From Candidatus Bathyarchaeia archaeon (GTDB lineage: Archaea; Thermoproteota; Bathyarchaeia; Bathyarchaeales; Bathycorpusculaceae), in the NCBI GenBank assembly GCA_050010515.1, contig JBEKKX010000033.1:1-27465 (forward strand): a DNA stretch of 27,465 nucleotides. The letters run 5' to 3'. Below are positions 26,811-27,465 of the stretch, one piece after another. Position 1 is the stretch's first letter. Each line of letters begins with the position of its first letter. The translations under genes were made by a program, and so were the position numbers. Below the pieces are notes generated by a model. That model searched no databases and was not told the DNA's origin. It saw only the letters and a list, made by a program, of their open reading frames with translations.

Positions 26811-27359
26811 ATGACTATAGTCTACACTTTAACACCAGAGCTCCGAACGAAATTCAAAGAACCATTCGGCACCTTAATTCAAGGCTCATTTGATAAAACA
26901 ATGGGTAAAATGAAAGAGTTAGTGGACAAGGAGAAACCGCCAAAGGTAATTTCAGTTGGAGATGTAGTTTCCCGCAACCTTCACGAGTACAACATCCACC
27001 CACAACTAACAATTATTGACACTAAATTTCTCAGAAACCAAAACATGCCCGAAAAAGTCTCAGTAAAAAAAACAGTCCATGTGAATAATCCCAGAGGAAC
27101 AATCACTGAAGAAGCAATTTTTGCAATCAAGGAAGCCCTAGAAAAAAATGAACATACGCACATAGTCGTTGACGGGGAGGAAGATTTACTTACACTCATA
27201 GCCGTTTTATGCGCTCCAGAAAACGCTATTGTAGTTTATGGACAACCGTATTCGGGCATAGTTGTTGTCAAAGTTACTCCAGAAAAAAAGGCTCAGGCTA
27301 AGGAGTTTCTGAAAGCTATGAAACCCTTCGAAAAGCTAAATAAGAAGAAAACTGTATGA
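26811..27359 (+). CDS. GTP-dependent dephospho-CoA kinase (DUF359)
   Basis: LR..FKEPFG, VGDVVS, NPRGTIT, VDGEEDLL, YGQP; start adjusted to ATG 26811. Confidence 0.92.
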   Translation: MTIVYTLTPELRTKFKEPFGTLIQGSFDKTMGKMKELVDKEKPPKVISVGDVVSRNLHEYNIHPQLTIIDTKFLRNQNMPEKVSVKKTVHVNNPRGTITEEAIFAIKEALEKNEHTHIVVDGEEDLLTLIAVLCAPENAIVVYGQPYSGIVVVKVTPEKKAQAKEFLKAMKPFEKLNKKKTV

Positions 27360-27382
27360 ACTTACGCCTTAAGTGAATATTA

Positions 27383-27465
27383 ATGCAAATCAAAATAGAA
27401 TCAACCAAGAATAACCCGCTTCTGAAAAGGAAAGAAGTAGGCTTCACTATTATTCAAGGTCCAAA
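27383..27465 (+). CDS. rps24e: 30S ribosomal protein S24e (5' partial)
   Basis: MQIKIESTKNNPLLKRKEV (NPLL.R.E motif) in its canonical position; runs off the window. Confidence 0.92.
   Translation, partial: MQIKIESTKNNPLLKRKEVGFTIIQGP

Noticed and set aside
1-27465. tRNA, rRNA, CRISPR array, or att repeats bounding the 13.9-21.7 kb island
   Set aside because: None seen by eye; a tRNAscan/Infernal/repeat search would be needed to exclude them formally

Overview
Archaeal chromosomal window, most consistent with Bathyarchaeia. This is inferred from the rps6e-eIF2gamma-PIN-rpo7-spt4-DUF359-rps24e cluster, Fae-Hps and many zinc-ribbon membrane proteins. 1-5.3 kb is a variable region with zinc-ribbon membrane/surface proteins, an ISH3-like scrap and a frameshifted IS with terminal inverted repeats. 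5.3-13.7 kb holds TetR/MFS, DUF996, an M32 carboxypeptidase, an HTH-fused Fae-Hps with a clustered CCGACA motif, and a second MFS. 13.9-21.7 kb is the best candidate for an undescribed system. It is an accessory island of nucleotide/base-acting genes: P-loop NMP kinase, membrane protein, FAD oxidoreductase, a catalytically degenerate dCTP-deaminase fold fused to a TM helix, an AAG/MPG glycosylase with an altered specificity residue, and a SAMHD1-like HD hydrolase. An IrrE/ImmA peptidase and wHTH regulator module follows. I read this as a possible antiviral or modified-nucleotide system. 22.4-23.7 kb is a decayed element integrated in the 5' end of eIF2gamma, which apparently supplied a replacement N-terminus. 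23.7-27.5 kb is core genes. All family calls are from motif recognition by eye; no searches were run.
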